In this document: positions 60,036 to 64,000 of the stretch, in pieces | Layout of the letters: each line of letters opens with the position of its first letter | Position numbering within the stretch: the stretch's first letter is position 1 | Source: Candidatus Egerieisoma sp. | GTDB taxonomy: Bacteria; Bacillota; Clostridia; UBA1212; UBA1255 | NCBI GenBank assembly: GCA_045125595.1 | Contig: JBGVNN010000040.1 | Coordinates: 6,735 to 70,734, forward strand | DNA length: 64,000 bases | Direction of reading: 5' to 3' | The notes under the pieces: model-generated | What the model was told of the DNA's origin: nothing | Seen by the model: only the letters and a program-made list of their open reading frames with translations | The model's database searches: none | Made by a program: the position numbers and the translations under genes

Positions 60036-60512
60036 TTATGATTCGTTGACGAGTTTTCCCGTAATATGCTCGGGTCGAAGTTCGTAGCAAAGAGTTGCCT
60101 TTGCCAACTTTTGTATTTCCGAATCAATATATTCAATGTCAGATGTGAATTTTAAACTCAATTGTCGAAAAGCTTCAACAGCTTTATCATAATCTTCAAC
60201 GACATAAATTTTCCCAAAAATAATTACACTACTGATATTTAATGCCCATTCACCGTCTTTTTTGTATCCTTGGTCATATACGCAAAAAGAAACTTTGTTA
60301 TTCTGAGACAGGGCATCTACTTTATGTCCCGATTTCCCGCTGTGAAAATACAGATACCCATTTTCTTCATTATACCAATAATTAATCGGCAAACCGTAAG
60401 GATAACCGTTTTCTCCGCAAACAGATAAAACGCCTCTTTTTTCGTTTTTCAAAATTTGAACAATTTGCTCCATTTCAAGGCTCTGTTTTTTTCTCGTCAT
60501 TTCTCTAAACAT
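60036..60512 (-). CDS. pyridoxamine 5'-phosphate oxidase-family FMN-binding protein
   Basis: 158 aa. GVLSVCGENGYPYGLPINYWY...YFHSGKSGHK resembles the split-barrel flavoprotein family. Confidence 0.7.
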   Translation of the reverse strand: MFREMTRKKQSLEMEQIVQILKNEKRGVLSVCGENGYPYGLPINYWYNEENGYLYFHSGKSGHKVDALSQNNKVSFCVYDQGYKKDGEWALNISSVIIFGKIYVVEDYDKAVEAFRQLSLKFTSDIEYIDSEIQKLAKATLCYELRPEHITGKLVNES

Positions 60513-60669
60513 TCTTTATTATCCTCTTCATTTAAAATACGCCGCGCTCATAAAATGCGTCCATGTTTTGTACATACGGAGTTCATTTCTTGTATTAATT
60601 TTCCCATATGCTCAATATCTGTCAAATTTATTATACCAAAATATCTGTTGCTATTAAAAGTATAAATTT

Positions 60670-60828
60670 TTCTCCCACAAACCAGGCTTTTTGTGGGAGA
60701 AAGCAAAAATCTTTTCCCCTCAGAAGCGTGCTTTTGTGGGAGAAAAAGAGACAAATCAATGTTTTTTATATCCATTACAGGCACTTTGACAACATTTTCT
60801 CTACAAAATCCTTGGTTTTGTGGGGAAA
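60670..60828. repeat. short repeated motif TTTGTGGGAGAA (three direct copies, one inverted)
   Basis: The inverted pair TTCTCCCACAAA (60670..60681) and TTTGTGGGAGAA (60690..60701) forms a perfect 12-bp hairpin. Further direct copies are at 60733..60744 and, degenerate, at 60817..60828. Confidence 0.6.
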
Positions 60829-60847
60829 ATATTTATCCAAGATAGTA

Positions 60848-61096
60848 TTACTGTTTGTTTTCAAGTTCGTTAAGTCTTTCTTCTAATGCTTTAACTTTCT
60901 TTTCAAGGCCCGTCACCACTTCGTTAATTGTATACACAAAGATTGACAAAACAAACGCAAAACCTATCTCAATCAAAATGGGATTGCCGCTTTTAAATAG
61001 TTTCCAACCCCCGAAAAACACAAATAAATATATTATAATAAAGCAAATTAGAAACCACGCCGCCCATCTTAAAAGTAACTTAAGTTTATCTTTCAT
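60848..61096 (-). CDS. small two-TM protein with C-terminal coiled coil
   Basis: 82 aa. TM helices AAWFLICFIIIYLFVFFGGW and ILIEIGFAFVLSIFVY, then LEKKVKALEERLNELENKQ. Confidence 0.5.
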   Translation of the reverse strand: MKDKLKLLLRWAAWFLICFIIIYLFVFFGGWKLFKSGNPILIEIGFAFVLSIFVYTINEVVTGLEKKVKALEERLNELENKQ

Positions 61097-61167
61097 TATT
61101 ATCTCTCCTTAAAATTATTATTCTCAAACCTAAAAAATCGACCATATTCCGCCGAATTGGAGTTTTT

Positions 61168-62040
61168 TCATTTCTTTTTAATCGGCAGTAGCATTCTCGT
61201 TTGTTTCTTATACTCAGCGAAGCCCTCTTTCCTTGATTGTCTGCCGTCTGCCATCGGGATGCTTACCGCAAGGAACAGTATCGTGTTCGCCAATGCGCCT
61301 GTGGCAAGATACCACGCAGTAGGAGCTACACATATTACGGAAAGTGCCACACCCCACCACATAAGGATTTCTCCGAGGTAGTTTGGGTGACGAGAATATT
61401 TCCATAAACCATTTCGTATAAACGCGCCATTTTTATTTTTACGGAACTTATGCATTTCATAGTCCGCTATTCCTTGCATCGTTGCCGCACCAAGCGACAC
61501 GCAGAGAAAAATCACGCTACCAATGTTAGCGGTCACACCGTTTATCACAGCCCAGACCGCAGGCAGTATACAACCGTATACGACAAGCGTCGGAACCATA
61601 TGTATGCCTACGAAGTTAATAAGAGGATAAAATACGCCTGTTTTTTCTTTCAGCATCGTATATCGCCAATCCTGATGATTGAGGTTTGCGAAGGTGTAGG
61701 CCCAGTTTGCCGTCAGACGAATCGCCCAATACGATACAACTATAATGAGCAGAATGCCAAGTATAGTCATTTTTTCTCCCATAGCAAAAGCTATCAAAAT
61801 AACCGGAGGCTGAATACTCCAATACGGATCATAGACTGATGCGTTTCCGAAAATTACGCTGAATATAAATGTTACAACGGTTGCTGCTATATCTGCAATC
61901 AGTAGCGAAAACCACCACGGAAAGTCGAGCATTCCGTAAACCGTAACGCCTACCACCGTAGCAATTATGTATACAAGTGTGACGGCAACAAAGCTCGCCA
62001 CTCGGTTTTGTTTTAGTTTTTTCATAATACTCCTGTTCAC
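61168..62040 (-). CDS. DUF1295 / steroid 5-alpha-reductase-like membrane protein
   Basis: 290 aa, polytopic. Contains the motif YSRHPNYLGEILMWWG. Confidence 0.75.
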   Translation of the reverse strand: MNRSIMKKLKQNRVASFVAVTLVYIIATVVGVTVYGMLDFPWWFSLLIADIAATVVTFIFSVIFGNASVYDPYWSIQPPVILIAFAMGEKMTILGILLIIVVSYWAIRLTANWAYTFANLNHQDWRYTMLKEKTGVFYPLINFVGIHMVPTLVVYGCILPAVWAVINGVTANIGSVIFLCVSLGAATMQGIADYEMHKFRKNKNGAFIRNGLWKYSRHPNYLGEILMWWGVALSVICVAPTAWYLATGALANTILFLAVSIPMADGRQSRKEGFAEYKKQTRMLLPIKKK

Positions 62041-62054
62041 CTGTAAATTTTTAT

Positions 62055-62549
62055 TTATCGTTGTATTTTAATTAAAAATTCTTCCGCCTGTGTGCGAGTT
62101 GAAAATATAATAATATCTTTGTGTGAATATCTATCCAAGAGTTCCATTACTTTTGGTCTGCTTTGTGAATTGTAGTTTTTTATAAACTCAATAAATTCAA
62201 CGTCATCCTCATCAGGTTCTATCCAAGGTAAATCGCTTCTCGTCTTTCCTTTTCTCTCCTTGATACCGTTAAGGCAAACATCCAATGGATAATCAAGAAA
62301 AATAATGGTATCACACGCTTGCATTCTTAACTCCATTGTAGAAGCATAATTGCCGTCAATTATCCATTCGTCTTTTTGAACTATTTTTAATAATCTATCA
62401 AGAAAAACAGTTTTTTCAACAGTTGTTTTGTCTGCATTCCAGAATATCATATCCAAATGAAAAAGTGGGATGTCTGTGATTTTGTGCAATGCTTTAGAAA
62501 ATGTGCTCTTACCACTTCCAGGGCAACCAATTACAATGACTTTCTTCAT
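62055..62549 (-). CDS. P-loop NTPase (adenylate-kinase/topology-modulation-like)
   Basis: 164 aa. MKKVIVIGCPGSGKSTFSKAL at the N-terminus. Confidence 0.7.
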   Translation of the reverse strand: MKKVIVIGCPGSGKSTFSKALHKITDIPLFHLDMIFWNADKTTVEKTVFLDRLLKIVQKDEWIIDGNYASTMELRMQACDTIIFLDYPLDVCLNGIKERKGKTRSDLPWIEPDEDDVEFIEFIKNYNSQSRPKVMELLDRYSHKDIIIFSTRTQAEEFLIKIQR

Positions 62550-62606
62550 ACCAACTTACCTACAAATTCTTATTTTATCTAACTGTCCGACTTATTGGAA
62601 TTTGAA

Positions 62607-63074
62607 TTAGTCATTCTGTTGCTTATCGATAATTTTATATAAGCTCACAGGTGTACCTTCTTCTTGAAATCCAAGCTTCTTATAAAAAGAATATGCTTGT
62701 TTATCTGTTTCGGTTTGCAGGAAAAAGCACCGAATTCCTTTTTTCTTTATATCTTCTTCAATGTATTGTAAAAATCTGGAACCTATTCCTTTGTTCTGTT
62801 CTGTTCTGGAAACACCCAGCCACTGTATATAGTAGTTTGTACCTTCCCAATAATGATTGATTTTCCCAATGGAAAAAGCAATCATTTTGCCGTTTTTATA
62901 TAATCCATAATTCAATGCGTTGTATGTGCCTGCATTCTCACGGATATATTCTTTGAGTTGCTTTTCATTAGACCAATCATGATTCCATGGTTCTCCTTCA
63001 AATACTTCCTTAAATAAAGTCGTTATTTCTTTGAAGTTCGTTTCATTCAAGATAATCAATTTCTCATCCTTCAT
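62607..63074 (-). CDS. GNAT family N-acetyltransferase
   Basis: 155 aa. The acetyl-CoA-binding-like block QNKGIGSRFLQYIEE follows WLGVSRTE. Confidence 0.8.
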   Translation of the reverse strand: MKDEKLIILNETNFKEITTLFKEVFEGEPWNHDWSNEKQLKEYIRENAGTYNALNYGLYKNGKMIAFSIGKINHYWEGTNYYIQWLGVSRTEQNKGIGSRFLQYIEEDIKKKGIRCFFLQTETDKQAYSFYKKLGFQEEGTPVSLYKIIDKQQND

Positions 63075-63328
63075 GTTCTATCCTTTCAATACCAGCATCT
63101 CATTGTTTAGTCACTATGATATATACAAATTCTTATTTATCGAACTGATTATAATATACGACAAAAAATTTTTCCACTATAATAAATAGGCTCCACCGAA
63201 GTGAAGCCTAATAGTTAAAACATAAACATCGACAATTTTTCTATATGAAAAGAAAACATTAGTTAAACAATAACTATTTAAATTTTCAATCTTCTTCATC
63301 CACCCATGCACCACAGTAATCTGCCACA

Positions 63329-63712
63329 TCAGAAACAAGTGTTCTTATCTCTTCTGCTGAATATATATACGAAGATGTAGCTTTTGTTTCTCTGGAATCC
63401 CACAATTCTTTTATATCCTGGTGCATTCCATACTCCATATCTAACATGAAAAGGAACATTTTCAAGAACATCATAGGAATAAGTTGCTCGATTCTTGCCC
63501 ATGGAACGACGGAAAGATTTTGCTACGTTATTAGCAACGCCCCATAGCCAAGGTTCAAATTTACTGTCAACCCTAAGTTTTGGTAAATTGCGAAGTACCA
63601 TAAGCAATATTTCCTGCGACATCTCGTCAGCCTCATCGTGGGTATATGTGTGATTAACAGCATATCCATAAATCTTTTCAATATAATCTTCAATAATCAC
63701 CGGCTTCATCAT
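63329..63712 (-). CDS. sigma-70 family region-2-like protein, possibly truncated or frameshifted
   Basis: IYGYAVNHTYTHDEADEMSQEILLMVLRNLPKLRVDSKFEPWLWGVANNVAKSFRR resembles ECF sigma region 2. No region 4 HTH follows. A second frame (63286..63474) continues past the stop. Confidence 0.45.
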   Translation of the reverse strand: MMKPVIIEDYIEKIYGYAVNHTYTHDEADEMSQEILLMVLRNLPKLRVDSKFEPWLWGVANNVAKSFRRSMGKNRATYSYDVLENVPFHVRYGVWNAPGYKRIVGFQRNKSYIFVYIFSRRDKNTCF

Positions 63713-63901
63713 TCTCACCTGCCTTTTGCCTATAAAATGTCGCAAATAGGAGTTTCATTGGGTGATTTTAAAAGTTTTTTAAGAAATTTATTACGTCTTG
63801 TCTGTTAATGAACCATCATATTTCTTTACTCTCTGTTGATATTGTATGTTCATTACGTTTACAAAAGCGGAGCAAAGAATAATTAAAATTCTCCGCCAAT
63901 C

Positions 63902-64000
63902 TTAATTTGATTTGTTTTTTCTTTTGCTTAAACAAATACAGCCTATCAGATTGTATAAGAAAAAAGCAACCGACATCATATTAAACATCGAAACATAAGA
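63902..64000 (-). CDS. C-terminal 32 aa of a membrane protein entering from beyond the window end
   Basis: My reverse translation gives SYVSMFNMMSVAFFLYNLIGCICLSKRKNKSN, stopping at 63904..63902. A weak hairpin GCGGAG...CTCCGC with a T-run follows at 63866..63896. Confidence 0.35.
   Translation of the reverse strand, partial: SYVSMFNMMSVAFFLYNLIGCICLSKRKNKSN

Noticed and set aside
58699-60828. CRISPR array or other spaced-repeat locus
   Set aside because: The repeats seen are 12-nt in-frame coding repeats in mutL and three or four copies of a 12-mer at 60.7 kb. There are no 25-40 nt repeats with regular unique spacers, and no cas genes anywhere in the window.
60548-60886. Two overlapping ORFs (78 aa minus, 92 aa plus) in the gap after the PNPOx-like gene
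   Set aside because: They have no RBS and mutually exclusive frames, and their translations run through the repeated TTTGTGGGAGAA motif. The region was treated as non-coding and the repeats reported instead.

Overview
64-kb chromosomal segment from a low-GC, endospore-forming Firmicute, probably Clostridia (spoIIGA-sigE, sigG and ylmC/ymxH are present). All family calls come from motifs read by eye in the ORF track or from my own reverse translations; no searches were run. Most of the window is core housekeeping: a partial fumC, ldh, yabN/yabO-like mazG and S4 genes, tadA, fba, a potABCD operon with an XRE-cupin regulator, lplA, infC-rpmI-rplT, eno, rpsO-pnp, split purH/purO, dapF, a heterodimeric ABC exporter, RNase P RNA, miaA and mutL. 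The one clear accessory island is at 32.3-39.0 kb, between ylmC and pnp. It holds a 1727-aa Sec-signal Rhs/YD-repeat protein with an intact promoter and RBS. That ORF stops inside a YD repeat, with no RHS core plug and no C-terminal toxin. Two very AT-rich cytoplasmic genes follow: an LRR protein and a translationally coupled 130-aa protein. This looks like an orphan-immunity or remodelled polymorphic-toxin locus and is the best candidate for something new. Other points worth a second look: sigG is inverted and converges on sigE with only 5 nt between the stop codons. An unannotated 44-aa cysteine-rich membrane peptide has its own RBS and terminator. An S11 D-Ala-D-Ala carboxypeptidase homologue appears to have lost all three catalytic motifs. 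PotA carries a 148-aa C-terminal extension and PotD a C-terminal TM anchor. rnpB sits 27 nt upstream of the ABC exporter. infC probably starts at ATT. There are two large modular secreted proteins. No CRISPR array, tRNA, rRNA, transposase or integrase was recognised.
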